From positions 6,336,863 through 6,400,862 of the forward strand of contig NC_057728.1 in NCBI RefSeq assembly GCF_004010195.1: a DNA stretch of 64,000 bases, in the 5' to 3' direction. Of this stretch, positions 12,274 through 25,432 are shown in pieces. The stretch comes from Chiloscyllium plagiosum. Its lineage: Eukaryota. The notes below the pieces were generated by a model, which had not been told where the DNA came from, searched no databases, and worked only from the letters and a program-made list of their open reading frames with translations. Both the position numbers and the translations under genes were made by a program. The number at the start of each line of letters is the position of its first letter. The stretch's first letter is position 1.

Positions 12274-14385
12274 AGAACATGGAACAGTACAGCACAGTAC
12301 AGGCCCTTCAGCCCACAATGATCTAAGATCAACCTAACCTACACACCCCTCAATTTACTGTCATCCATGTGCCTATCCAAGAGTCACTTAAATGTCCCTA
12401 ATGTGTTTGATTCTACTACCACTGCAGGCAGTGCATTCCACGCACCCACCACTCTCTGCGTAAAGAACCTACCTCTGATATTTCCCCTAAACCTTACTCC
12501 AATCACCTTAAAATTATGATGCAGCTTTTTCTGCCCTGGGGAAAGGCCTCTGGCTATCTACTCTATCTATTCCTCTTATTAACTTGTACACCTCTATCAA
12601 GTCACCTCTCTTCCTTCTCTCTAATGTGAAAAGCCTGAACTCACCCAACCTTTCTTCATACGACATGCCCTCTAGTCGGGGCAGCATTCTGGTAAATCTC
12701 CTCTGCACCCTCTTTAAAGCACCTACATCCCTCCTGTAACAAGGCGACCAGAACGGGATACAATGTTCCAAGTGTGGTCTAACTGGGGTTTTATAGAGCT
12801 GCAGCAAAACCTCACGGCTCTTAAACTCAATCCCACTGTTAATGAAAACCCAAACACGAAACACCTTCTTAATAACCCTATCAACTTTGAGGGATATATG
12901 TATGTGGACCCCAAGATCCCACTGTTCCTCCACACTACCAAGAATCCTGTCTTTAACCCTGTATTCAGCATTCAAATTCAACCTTCCAAAATGAATTACT
13001 TCGCATTTATCCAGGTTGAATTCCATCAGCCACTTCTCAGCCCAGCTCTGCATCCTGTCAATGTCTTGTTGTAGCCTGCAACAGCCTTCAAAACTATCTA
13101 CAACATCACCAACCTTTGTGTCATCAGCAAAATTACCAACCCACCCTTCCACATCTTCATCCAAGTCATTTATAAAGAGAAGAGGCCCAAGAACAGATTC
13201 CTGCGGGACACTATTAGTCACTGACCTCCAGGCAGAATACTTTCCATTCATTACCACTTTCAGCCAGCTAATTCTGTATCCAGACAGCCAAATCTCTCTG
13301 TATCCCATACCTCCTCACTTTCTGAATGAGCCTACCGTGGGGAACCTTATCAAATGCCTTATTGAAATCTATATACACCACATCCACTGGTCAACCTTCA
13401 TCAACTTGTCTTGTCTCATCCTCCAAAGAACTCAGTAAGGTTTGTCAGGCATGACCTGCCCCTTACAAAGCCGAGATGACTATCTTTAATCAAATTGTTT
13501 TTCCAAATAACCATAAATCCTATCTCTCAGAATCCTTTCCAATACCTTGCTTACCACAGATGTAAGACTGACTGACTGGTCTGTAATTCCCATTCCTTTT
13601 CTTGAACTGAGGAACAACATTTGCTTCCGCCCCCCCCCCCCCCCCCACCCCCAAAATCATCCAGTACTACTCCCGTGGAGAGTCAAGATGCAAAGATCAT
13701 CACCAGAGGTGCAGCAACCTCATTCCTCACTTCCTGTAGTAACCTTGGATACATCTGGTCCGGCCCTGGGGATGCTTCCCTGAATTTCTAGCACATCCAG
13801 TTCCTTAATATCAATCTGTACAAGCCTATTAATTTGGTCCACGGTGTTCTCACTATCAACAAGGTCCCTCTGTCTAGTGAATACTAGTGTCATTAAAGGC
13901 CTCCCTTACCTCTTCAGACTCCACGCATAAGTTCCCTCCACTATCCCTGATCAACCCTACCCTTTCTCTGGTCGTCCTGTTATTCCTCACGTAAGTGTAG
14001 AATGCCTTTGGGTTTTCCCTAATCCTTGCCGCCAAGGCTTTTTCATGCCCTCTCCTAGCTCTCCTTCGTCCATTTTTGAGTTCTTTCCTAGCTACCCTGT
14101 ATTCCTCTAAAGTTGTGCCAGATCCTAGTTCCCTTCTTCCTCTTGACAAGAAGCTCCTCTTCTCTTGTCATCCAAGGCTCCTCCACCTTACCATTCCTCA
14201 CCTGCCTTAGTGGGACAAAGTTATCCAACACTCTCAACAAGTGCTCCGTAAGTAGCCTCCACATTTATATTGTGCATTTCCCACAGAACAATTGTTCCCA
14301 ATTTACACTCCACAGCTCCTGTCTGATAGCAATATAATTTTATCTCCCCCAATTAAATACCTTTCCATACTGTCTGTTCCTATCC
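12274..14385 (-). mobile_element. CR1 LINE, ~2.1-kb fragment with RT core
   Basis: ORF 12514-13308 with VPQESVLGPLLF, FADDTK, RPHLEHCIPFWSP; ORF 13874-14149 with ENPKAFYTYV. Confidence 0.95.
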
Positions 14386-14959
14386 CTTATCTTGGTGGCA
14401 TATTTGTGGCAAATTAGCAAGTTGTACAGGCACAAGTTAATTGTATGAAACATCATGAATCCCACGTGTGTGTGTGTGTGTTTGAAATATATGTAAAGTT
14501 ATCAAAGCATCAGCCTGAAGGAGTGAAGAAAAGAAGATTGATCCATATTAGCCTTCTACATCATCATATCTTCATAATGGAAAATCATATATTAAGTTTT
14601 GTCCAATTAACCCTGTTAGTTTGCCCCCTACGTTAGTGATTATTCTTTATGCCAGTATGATTAGTCCCAAACAGGAGATTCAGACCTTTAGGGTTTAGCA
14701 TTAAGTCCAAGAATCTACAATAATCTAATAAACCTTGTATGAATAAATAAATAAATGCCAATGAGGTACTCAAAAGAAAAGGCATTTTCAGGGAGATCAT
14801 TTATGATCAGCTATTACCACAGTAAAATACCCAATTCTGAGAAAAAGACTTCCTTCCTCGCCCTACGGCAGAATTTACAAGTTACAAAGTTTAGCTGGTC
14901 CCACTTTGCCTCCTGTGAGTTTGCCAATCCTGCATTTGGGATAAATAGGTCCATTTTAT

Positions 14960-15512
14960 TTAAACTGAGGGTTCAGAAAAAATTTACAAGGATGTTGCCA
15001 GGGTTGGAGGATTTGATCTACAGGGAGATGTTGAATAGGCCGGGGCTGTTTTCCCTGAAGCGTTGGAGGCTGAGGGGTGACTTTTAGGCCGGGCTGTTTT
15101 CCCTGAAGCGTTGGAGGCTGAGGGGTGACTTTATCGAGGCTTATAAAATCATGAGGGGCATGGATAGAGTGAATAGACAAAGTAGTTTCCCTGGGGGTGG
15201 GGGGAGTCCAGAACTAGAGAGCATAGGATTAGGGTGAGAGGGGAAAGATATAAAATGGAGCTAAGGGGTAACTTTTTCACACAGAGGGTGGTTCATGGTA
15301 TGGAATGAGCTGCCAGAGGAATTGGTGAAGGCTCGTACATTTTGCAGCATTTAAAAGGCATCTGGATGGGGACATGAATAGGAAGGGTTAAGAGGGATAT
15401 GGGCCAAGTACTAGCAAATCGGATTAGATTAGGTTAGGATATCTGGTCGGCATTGACGGGGTGGACCGAAGGGTCTATTTCCATGTTGTACATCTCTGAC
15501 TCTATGACTTAT
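14960..15512 (+). mobile_element. CR1 3' fragment with internal ~48-bp tandem duplication (15037-15132)
   Basis: KFTRMLPGLE and RLRGD motifs; TCTATGAC tail. Confidence 0.9.
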
Positions 15513-15633
15513 GAAGCTGTAACTACCGAAATCAGAGCTGAGGCCTCTGTTATTTACAATCAATATTAATAGACTTAGATAAAATAATGGGGTTTAATTG
15601 TCGCCAAATTTGCTGCTGTCACAAACATAAGTA

Positions 15634-15833
15634 CAGGCCGACCGCTGTATCCACGGGTCCAGTTACCGCAGTTTCGGTTACCCGCGGTTTACCACAGCCC
15701 AAACATATTACATGGAACATTCCAGAACCTGGGACCAGGGGGCTGCCGGGGAGGAAAGTTATCCATTTAACTGGTTTCAGGCATCCGTGATAGATCTTGG
15801 AACGTATCCCCCGCAGATATGTGGGGACTACTG
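15634..15833. mobile_element. Tigger/pogo-type MITE (MER44-like end), 200 bp
   Basis: TA|CAG...CTG|TA; right end reverse-complements to CAGTAGTCCCCACATATCTGCGGGGGATACGTTCCAAGA; splits a degraded CR1 FADDTK region. Confidence 0.8.
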
Positions 15834-16199
15834 TATAGAAGCAAGTTGTAAGGAGGATGTAGCCTATAAAGGGAAATACATTGGTGGAATGACTGGGCAA
15901 AAATTTGCCAGGTGAAATTAATTTTTATTTATACATGGGTTGGGGAGCAGGAGCTAATATGGCATTTAATGCCCATTCTTAGTTGCCCGTGAGAAAGTGG
16001 TGGTGAGCTGCACTGAACTATACGATTAAAGAGCATTTTGACCCAGGGACAGGGCAGGGGGTGATGATATTTCTCCAGTGAAGAGGATGAGTGGCTTGAG
16101 TGTTGCCATGTATCTATTGCCCTTGTCCATTGAACGTTGAGGGATGGGGTTGGAAGATGCTCTTGAAGGAAATGTAATATGGGATAAGAGCAAAGTACA

Positions 16200-17370
16200 G
16201 CTGCAACTCAGCAGGACTGGCAACATCTTTTAAAATACAATGTGAGGCTGCTTACATTGGTAAAGAAAACAAAATGTTACTAAAATACAGACTACAGATT
16301 GGGACAGTACAGAGGGATCTATGTAAATTAATTGCAAACATGCACCGGTACAGTAAGTAATTGGGAATGCAAGTGGAACTTCGGCTTTTATTGTAAGATT
16401 GGAGTATAAATGTAAGAAATATCATGCTGCAAAGATACAGAACATTGGTAAAACCACATCTAGATAACTGAGTACAGTATTGGGGCTCAGTATTTAGAAA
16501 GGGACAAATATTTCTAATCAACCTGCTCAGTGACATTATTGCACGCCTCTGGAGCAGGCAGGACTTGAACCGAGCTCTCCCAGGTAGGCACACTGCCACT
16601 GCCCCACGAAAGCCCTTCAGGGGGCAATATGCATTGCATCTGAAGCAGCTCAGTGATGGTTCACTAGGCAGATTCCTGAAAGGAAAGGCTTCGCATGTTT
16701 ATATCAATTGAAAATTAGGAAAATTGAGGCTTATCACATTAAAATGTAGGATTCAGATAGGTTTATGGGGTGGAGGCTGAGACGATGTTTGCTCCATGGG
16801 AGAGTCTAGAATTGGGGCACAGAGTGTCCAGAAATGTGCACAATACTCCAGTTGTGGCCTCACCAGTGTGTTATACCATTATATCCTTTTTTAAAATTCT
16901 ATACCTCTGCCTTCCAGGAGAGCATTCTATATGCCTAGTACTGGTAACTTGAGGGACTTTTGCTCTTGCACACCAAGGTCCCTCACTTCATCTCCCCATC
17001 TCAGTGCATTCCTTTATTATGTATTTCTTTTTCCTGTTTGACTTCGCACTTGAATTCCAACAGCCACATTCCTGCCCACTGCACCATCCCAGCTGTATCA
17101 TTTGAGCTTACAACTGTCCTGTACACTATCCACGACATGGCCAATTTCTGTGTTGCCTGCAAATTTCTCAATTGTGCTCCCCCCATTCAAGTCCAAATGT
17201 TAATGTGTAAAACAAACAGCAGAGGTCCCAACACTGAGCCCTGCGGTATACCACTTGAAACAGTTTTCCACTCGCGAGGTCAGCCATTAACCTTGTGTTT
17301 CCTGTTACTAAGCCAAATTTGGATCCAACTTGACACATCACCTTGTATCCCGTGGGCTTTTACTTTTGCA
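16200..17370. mobile_element. Old CR1 fragments (+ ~16200-16825; - ~16830-17370) with a tRNA-SINE head at ~16530-16615
   Basis: Degenerate PHL..CVQ.W and GIPQGSVLGPLLF motifs. Confidence 0.7.
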
Positions 17371-17799
17371 ACCAGGATCTCTCCAGTGACCTAACTGGCA
17401 ACCAGAAAACCTTTTGAGTCGCTGACAGGAATTTCTCCAGTTGCCTGGCTCCCAACCTCTGCAGTCACAGATCATTAATATACATCAGGAAAAGGAGGAA
17501 CCGCACTGAGTTCCTTCCTCGAATCACCATCGACCACAGTTTCCTGTTTCTCAGCCAGCTTCATTTTCATACTGCCCCAGTTTTACTCCATGGGATTTCA
17601 CTTCAATGACTCAATACTTTTGTCACAGTGTTGCTTATTTGGTTTTGAGCAGAGAAACGTCAGCCCTTCCATCGTGTCTCAATTTGGAAGGATGTGCATC
17701 TTTTTTATCTGGACCCTAATCCGACAGTACAAAGTTCACTCTTAATACCACTAAGTTTAAATATCTGAAAGCTCTGCAATCATACAGCTAACAGACATA

Positions 17800-18005
17800 C
17801 AGAGCTTGCATTTCTGTAGCGCCTTTCCTGACCTCAAGACATCCCAAAGTGCTTTCCAGCTAATTGGAAACTTTTTAATTGTGGTCATGCCTGTAATGTG
17901 GGCAATATGTCCACAGCAAGTTTCCAAAAAACAGCAGGAAGGCAATGAAAAAGAGCTCTTGTTTCAGTGACCTTAGTTGAGAAATAAATAATGGCCAAAA
18001 TACTC
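17800..18005 (-). mobile_element. DeuSINE-like (SacSINE1/AmnSINE1 superfamily) fragment
   Basis: Deu-domain-like TTGCTGT.., AAAGCACTTTGGGATGTC, GCGCTACAGAAATGCAAG. Confidence 0.55.
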
Positions 18006-18967
18006 ATCAGATCCTTTGTGGACAGATCAAAAAGGACAGCATTTCCAACAATGCACACTTTATACTATGCTGGAGTGTGGAGATTTTGTGTTTCAGTCTA
18101 TGGGTATTATTGCTACTAATGTAACTCTATCACTTGACCCTGGCAACTGGAGTACAGAATTGAGCCTTGCTATTACTGTCCAGTTTGATCTGGGCAGTCT
18201 TGGTAGGGTATTAAGGGTGGTTTGTTGTTTAACCATTGATAACTAAACAAGAGCAGCACTTAACATTGGAAATATTACTACCATGCTTACCTAGTTAGAT
18301 CCCACCGCAACCTTATGTGAAATTGGTCCTGTGCAGCCAGCGCAAAACAAACAATGTGTCAGGGTTTGCAGGAGCAATGGTTTGTGTTGATGTAACATCT
18401 TTGACACAGTAAGGTATTCTCACACCATTTAGCAATGCCTTAAGCATTGCATCAAGGTGACAGATCAACTACCTTGTTCCTGTACTGTCTTGCCATTTTT
18501 TTTTTGTTTGGAATTATTCCTTAGTATGTGGCTTTATCTAACAATGCCAGCATTGATTACCCATTCCTCCTTCCCCTTTGAGACCAGTTAAAGAGTCTGC
18601 TACGTTGCTGTGGATCTGGAACCACAGACAAGGCAGACCAAGTAAAGATGGCACCTCTGTGTATGGTCTTCCCCTGAAGTGGCTATACTTTCTCTTCATC
18701 TGTCCTCTCAAGTTCAAGACTTTAAAGGGAAAATAAACCCACACTGTACAATCCTCCCTGATAGCTAAAATGTGTGTTTCTGATCAATGTAGTATCATTC
18801 TTTTTATCTTTTATGTATCTTTTTATTTATATCAGTTTACTGCACCTCCTACAGTGTGTTAAATCCTTTTTTGGTAGTCAGAGGGAGACCAAACTGAAGT
18901 CCTGCATAAAATGGATATAGCATCCCTGATTTTCAATTCTATCTTTTGAGCCTTAATAATCTACTGA

Positions 18968-19118
18968 GAGCAAATGAGGACTGCAGATGCTGGAGACCAA
19001 AGTTGAGATTGTGGTGCTGGAAAGAATCATTCCTGATGAAGAGCTTATGCTCGAAACATCAATTCTTCTGCTCCTCGAATGCTGCCTGACCGGCTGTGCT
19101 TTTCCAGCACCACACTCG
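18968..19118 (+). mobile_element. Penelope pseudo-LTR fragment with inverted 5' piece and hammerhead motif (19033-19060)
   Basis: CTGATGA-A-GAGC(TTAT)GCTC-GAAAC-ATC; GTGGTGCTGGAAA...TTTCCAGCACCAC inverted pair. Confidence 0.75.
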
Positions 19119-19535
19119 TGACCCTTAGTTATCTGCATTAGTACTTGGAGTGATTTGGATATCTGTACCCTGGAATCCTTTTCATCCTCAACTTCACTCA
19201 GATGAGCGTACAAGCTCACATTTCTACATTGACATTTAATTGGTCTATATGAAAACATCAAACACAGAGGGTTGACAAAGAAATTCCAAAGCTTTTATGC
19301 CTGTTCATGTGAAAGTGTGTTTACCATTGATGGAATGATTAAATCCTTGAATTTGCAAGAGGTTGAAATTTAAGGAGCACAGAAATCTTAAGAAGGTTGT
19401 GGATTGAGTGGTCACACAGAATGAGATATTAGTAAACACACAACATGCTTGATTTTAGAAAGGGATCAAGTTTGTTTGCAAAATGTGCATGTACACTGCT
19501 CATTGCATGTAACAATCTCCTTCCATTAGTTACAG

Positions 19536-20094
19536 GTCACTGAGGAAATGGCGAGGAAAACCCAGTCGCTACATCCACAAATCAGACCCGTGGATGTGAT
19601 GTGGCAAGGTGCCTGCGAACTCTGCAGCAGAAGCCAACAGAGGAGACAACTACCTCCAGCTGATGCCCGAAATTTTGAATGCGTTTACCATCTTTTTGCT
19701 ACCGCACTCACTCTTGAGTACCCTCAATGTTCCGCTCACTTTCAAAGAAATCTCAGAGTGCCTTGAGTGTGCAAAGTGAGAATCTGTGCAATCCCAGAAA
19801 ACACCACCATTATGTTTTCCACTGGCGAGAGGAAATTATCGTACTGCGCGGGAATCGATGGTGAGCTGAGAGGATTTCATCTCAGAGGACTTTGTCTGCC
19901 ATTTTATCAGAGACAGTGCGAGTTAGCACTGGGACAAGCCTACCCACTAACACATAGGGACATTCGGATATATTACAGATCGATAAACAAAATTGCGTTA
20001 TTGTAAAGATAATTATTAATCAATGCTTGGCTGAAATAAAAACAGTCTTCATTATATACTTCTGTCGTGAAATAATGATCTGAATATGAATAAA
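19536..20094 (+). other. Candidate terminal (mostly 3'UTR) exon of the RESF1-like gene
   Basis: Acceptor-like CTCCTTCCATTAGTTACAG|G, non-repetitive CpG-retaining sequence, AATAAA at ~20035 and ~20089. No transcript support; splicing phase unresolved. Confidence 0.25.
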
Positions 20095-20560
20095 CCTAGT
20101 TAGACCGACTACAAGAATACAAAGATGAAGCACAACAGTTTAAAATGATGGGACATTTTGGGAAGTACTGATATGAAATTGGTGTGATTCTGGATTGAAA
20201 GAGACAGTTTGAGGGTTAATGGAGTGTGACGAGAGCTTCACCACATAAAGGTAGTTCACATTTAACTGAAAATTTCAGTTTTGAAAATGAATACAATGCA
20301 GCAAATAAATAGAGATGTCCACGCCACAGATTATTATTCTAAAATAAAATTCTGAGATGAGCAGTTAGGAACTGGATGTGATGAAGGCAGGCTCAGGTGT
20401 GGCTTTCAAAAAGGGATTTGATGAGAGTTAAGGGAAAATGTATATGGCGAGAGGGCGATGGTGGGGATCTTGCAGAGAACCGCCAAGGACTTAATGGACA
20501 AACTGTCTTCTACTTATAATTGTTCTCTTTTTTTTTGTGGCACATTGTTGGCAAGATTTG

Positions 20561-20880
20561 TGGGCGGCACGGTGGCACAGTGGTTAGCACTGCTGCCTCG
20601 CAGCGCCAGAGACCCAGGTTCAATTCCCGACTCAGGCGACTGACTGTGTGGAGTTTAGACGTTCTCCCCGTGTCTGCGTGGGTTTCCTTCGGGTGCTCCG
20701 GTTTCCTCCCACAGTCCAAAGATGTGCAGGTCAGGTGAATTGGCCGTGCTAAATTGCCCGTAGTGTTAGGTAAGGGGTAAATGTAGGGGTATGGGTGGGT
20801 TTCGCTTCGGCGGGGCGGTGTGGACTTGTTGGGCCGAAGGGCCTGTTTCCACACTGTAATCTAATCTAATCTAAATCTAA
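20561..20880 (+). mobile_element. Full-length, young HE1-like SINE
   Basis: A/B boxes, V-domain, (TCTAA)n tail; CpGs retained. Confidence 0.93.
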
Positions 20881-21344
20881 ATTATAATCAGTAACCTGCT
20901 TGTCCAGTTTAATTTCAGGTGTTATCAGAACCATTTGACCCAAAGGCTCAGCTTAATGTGGCACATGACAGAAAGGATCAAGAATGGGAGGGCAGGGATT
21001 TAAAATAATTGACAAATGTGTTGTGAGAAGAACGTTTTTCATGCAGTCAGTGAGTGAGATCTGGAATGCAATGCCCGAGAGTGTGACAGAGGAACATTGA
21101 TATATGAAGGTTCTGCTTGAGATTTAGACGCTCAGTTCAAGCTATCAATAGTCTGCTTGTCAAAAACTCAGTGTTGAAGGAATCGCCATCTTCTCCAGTT
21201 AAACACTGGGGAAAGCAAAGCTGGTGTCTTCAGTCCCTGTCTCCTACTCTATATCAAGCAGCTCCATGGCTGGAGGAATCAGATCTTCCAAACCCAAGGT
21301 GGGCTTGTGCACGAGTTAAGTGCAAATAAATCTTAGGGCTTCCT

Positions 21345-21690
21345 ACAGCACGATGGCTCAGTGGTTAGCCCTGCTGCCTCACAGCGCCAGGGAACTGGGT
21401 TCAATTCCAACCTTGGGTGACTGCCTGTGTGGAATTTGCACATTCTCCCCGTGTCTGAGTTTGTTTCCTCCGGGTGTTCCTCCCACAATCTAAAGATATG
21501 CAAGTTAGGTGGATTGGCCATGCTAAATTGTTCATGGTGTTCGGGGATGTGTAGGTTAGGTGCATTAGCCATGGGAGATATCGGGTAGGGGGATGCATTG
21601 GGGTGGGATGCTGTTCGGAGGGTTGGGTGTGGACTTGTTGGGCCAAATGGCTTGTTCTACGTTGTAATTTTCCACACTGTAGGGATTTTG
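21345..21690 (+). mobile_element. HE1-like SINE
   Basis: Same head and core, more diverged. Confidence 0.85.
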
Positions 21691-22559
21691 TGAATAAGGT
21701 TTCATGGACCAACATCACATTATCATTTTTCACAAAGAGCAGGGATTAACCTTCATGAGGTAGAAGGTAATCTCACGTTACCATCTGAACGTTAAAACTA
21801 TCACTGTACTGATGTAGAATTGACAGAAAAGACTCTGCTTAATGTGGAGATTGGTTCTTCTGATATCCAGAAAGAATACAAAATGCCGTTTACAGGATAA
21901 ATGGGTGCAAACTCTAAATCTGAGGCTGGCAGCCTGTGATTCTCATTGGGATACACAAAAATAAATACAAGCTGTTGTCAGCATAAAGTGAGTGAATGTC
22001 TTATGTTGTGCTGAACCTTAGTCTGTTTCTGAATCTGTTCGCAACAGTTCAACATTCCAGCACCTTCAGCAAGAGTCCCATTTCGAGCAGTTTGTGAAGT
22101 GATTGCTGTATGTGTTTTGTAATGATCTAAGCTGATGTTATTATTGAACTATGACAGATCCCAAACTGAAATATGGCTTGCAAGATTTTTAAAAAGTTTT
22201 AACAAGGTGGTCCTTCATTAAATGTAAGCATACAACACTGGCCATTTGGTTTTAAACAATAGAACATAAATTTTTCTGCAAAGAAATTAATATAGAATGA
22301 ACTGAAGTATTTTCATACCACATGATTTGAAAACTTTCAAACTGTAGTAAAAACTAACCTATCTATCCCATCACCATCACTTTACAGTATTTCAGCAACA
22401 GACTCCCTTCTCTACCACATCTATACATATGATACATTTATTCCTTTAATTTCTGAGAGTTTGGCAGCTTCTGCCTTGATTATTCCACACAACTTAGCTT
22501 AGACTTTCTCAACTTCAAATAAGCCCTTCAGGGTACTGACCAAACACTCCTTTCAATGG

Positions 22560-22721
22560 GTGCTGTCAATGAGTGGGATGTTAATGGTGGATGGAGTGCT
22601 GCCAATAGGTGGGGTCTTGCCAGTTGGGGAGGAACTTAGAGTAGGTGAAGTCTTGACGGTGTGTAAGGTGCTGCCAATCAATAGGCTGCTGCCTGTGGGT
22701 GAGATGCTGGCTGCTAGGTAA
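22560..22721. repeat. Degenerate 18-bp tandem repeat (~9 units)
   Basis: Units GTGCTGTCAATGAGTGGG / GTGCTGCCAATAGGTGGG / GTCTTGCCAGTTGGGGAG / CTGCTGCCTGTGGGTGAG stay in register without indels. Confidence 0.7.
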
Positions 22722-23309
22722 TGGTAGTGAATGAAATGATAGCCGCAGGTTGAAAGGTATTGGGAGAGTCCTATTCTGTGATAAACAATGTGAACATGGC
22801 CAGACCTACGAGAGTCCTCACAGATAATAGGGCTATGGCCTCCTGAGCCAGAGAGGCAGTGAAAATCTAATAACAACCTGCTTTCAGTCACACACAAACA
22901 GATGTGTTTCTTTGACCGTTCTTTGGACCAGCTGACTGGGAGGATGCTGACCAAGGAACAATATTTGCAATGAAAGCAAAGATTGTTTGCCAACTGCTTA
23001 TGAGAAAGAAAACTGGCCTGAGAGACCTCTAAGGTCTGAGTGAAGTGCATGTGTCTATAGCTGATTAGACCTCAAGTCTGCTGCCCCATTCAATATGATC
23101 TTGGCTGATCATCTAACTCATTCCCCTGTTCCCCACTTCTTCCTATACCTTTTGATCCGTGGTCTTTAAGAACAGAGGGGCTCGTCCAGCCATCATGTGC
23201 TACCTATGAATTTGCAACATGTGAGGCTGACGTCAAAGGACAGCACCTTGCGAGCAACATGACCTGTGTATTGTGCAGGATACTGAAAAATGATTAGTCT
23301 GGAATCCCA

Positions 23310-23830
23310 CACAGAAAAATACTGGGGAAGATGTGTGGTGAGGAAGACTCAAAGACTTTGCAGGGGGGTTATAAACAGGTTAAATGAGTGGGCAAAAACT
23401 CAGGAAATGGTATATAATGTGGGAAAATGTGAGGTTTTTCACTTTAGCAGAAAGAATAGGAGAGATGAGCATGATTTAAGTGGAGGAAGATTGCGGAACA
23501 GAAGAATTTGGGGGTCCTTGTGCATAAATCACATAAAGCCATCATCCAAATTCAGAAGGTAATAGGGAAAGCAAATGGAATGTTGGCCTTTATATCAAAA
23601 GGAGTGAAGTCTAAAAGTAGGGAGGTTTTGCTAAAACTATACAAAGTACTCAGCAGACCATGGCTGGAAAACTGTAACCAGTTTTATCCCCTTACCTAAG
23701 GAAAGATATACTGACAGTTTGAGACAATCCAGAGAATATTCACTATGTTGATTCCAGATGTACGAGGATTTTCTGATGAGATTGAGTGAGTTGGACCTGG
23801 ACTCATTGACATTTGGTAGAATGAGAAAAG
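23310..23830 (+). mobile_element. CR1 RT C-terminal fragment
   Basis: YNVGKCEVFHF, KANGMLAFISKG, LYKVLSRP. Confidence 0.85.
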
Positions 23831-24429
23831 ACTTTGTAACCTGGTGAGTGCTGGTTCAAAGGCATCATCACACTCCTGAGGGGTGTGCAACTGAGAATGT
23901 GTGCGCTGAGGCAGAATCTGATCCAGCTCCTCCAGAAGAGACCGTGGAAACAGCTGACAGTGCTAACACATGCATTGCTTGATATGCCGTAGTGTCAAGT
24001 TGCTCAGTGAAGCCAACCTTTCTTGCTGAGGGTGAAGAGAGGTGACAGTCGAGCAACATGTTTCTCATGAGACTGGAGTGATGGTGTAAATCCAGTCAGT
24101 GACATCAGTCAGAGTATTTAGCTTGGCCTCGCTTTTCACACTGATCCTGAAGGAAGAAAGAACAGTTCATGTGCATGTGTCATAATGACTGCTAAATCAT
24201 CAGATAGGATCATCTTGATGAAATCTATGGCAGACATGTCATTCATCCCAAGGTACCACAAAGAACATTGCCACTTCCACTCTGCACAGGCTAGAGGAAG
24301 GATAAGAGAAATAAACAGCAGTGTGGTAGTCACCAACTAGCACTAGGCATTCAGCTGGTTATATCACTGGTTGCCATAAATGCGATGGCTGCAAAGGCAA
24401 GGTCTGGTAAAATTTGGCAAATTGGATCA

Positions 24430-25432
24430 GCAGTTGGGTTGAGTGGCAGGAAGCAGAGATGATGGTCAAGGGTATTCCAATTGGAAGTCTGTGTCCGGGG
24501 TCCCACATGGGTCAATATTGGGGCCCTTGCTGTTAAATGTTTATATAAATGATTTAGACTTGAATGTAGGAGGGTTGATCAGTAAACTCACAGATAATTG
24601 GTGGGGTCGTGAAGAATGAGAAGGACAGTTTTAGACTATGAGAAGATATTGACAGCCTAATTGATGGTAAATGGAATTCAAATCAGATATATGTGAGGCA
24701 ATGCACTTGGAGAGGATAAACAAGGCAAGGGAATACATGAAGACTGTTTGGACCCTGGAGAGTGCCAAAGATCAGAGGGACCTTGGTGTGTATGTCCACT
24801 GATCCCTTTAGGTAAGTGGATAACATGGTTAGGAAGTCAAATGGTATAGTTGCCTTTATTAGTTCAGGCACAGAGCTGAAGACTGTATAAAATGTTGGTT
24901 AGACCCAGCAAGAGTGTGTGTTCAGCTCTAGAATCCACAAAGTAGGAGGGATATGACAGTAGGAGATTTACCGGATGTTGTCTGGGCTGGAGAGTTTCTA
25001 CTAAATAGCGAGACAGAGAGAGTGGACAGACTAAATTGTTTTCTTTAGAGTAGAGGTAATTGAGAGGGTAATGATTCTGATGTATAAAATGATGAGGGGC
25101 ATAGACATTGTGGGCAGGAACAAACATTTCCATTTGGACAAATGACTGAGAAGCATAGATTTAAGGGTGGGAGCAGAAAGTTTAGAGGGGATGGGTCGTT
25201 TTCATCCAGAAACTGGTGAAAATCTGGAACTCACTGCTTGTAAGAGTGGTAGAAGCAGAAACCTTCATAACATTTAAGAAGTGGTTAGATGTGCATTTGT
25301 GATGCCAAGGTTTACAGGCTTGGGCCAAGTGTTGGAAAATGTGGTGGGAACAGTTAGGTGTTTGGTTTTGACTGGCGCAGACATGATGGGCCAAAGGGCC
25401 TTTTCTGTGCTAACCGCCTCTATGACTCTATG
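24430..25432 (+). mobile_element. Degraded CR1 3' half
   Basis: GVPHGSILGPLL and INDLD motifs; TCTATGAC tail. Confidence 0.8.

Noticed and set aside
12514-13308. 264-aa reverse transcriptase ORF as an active or domesticated RT gene
   Set aside because: Part of a truncated, internally deleted CR1 copy; no endonuclease or ORF1; many equivalent decayed copies nearby
20561-20640. tRNA-like sequences with A/B boxes (also 34925-34998, 45602-45680)
   Set aside because: Heads of HE1 SINEs, continuous with the SINE body and tail; not tRNA genes
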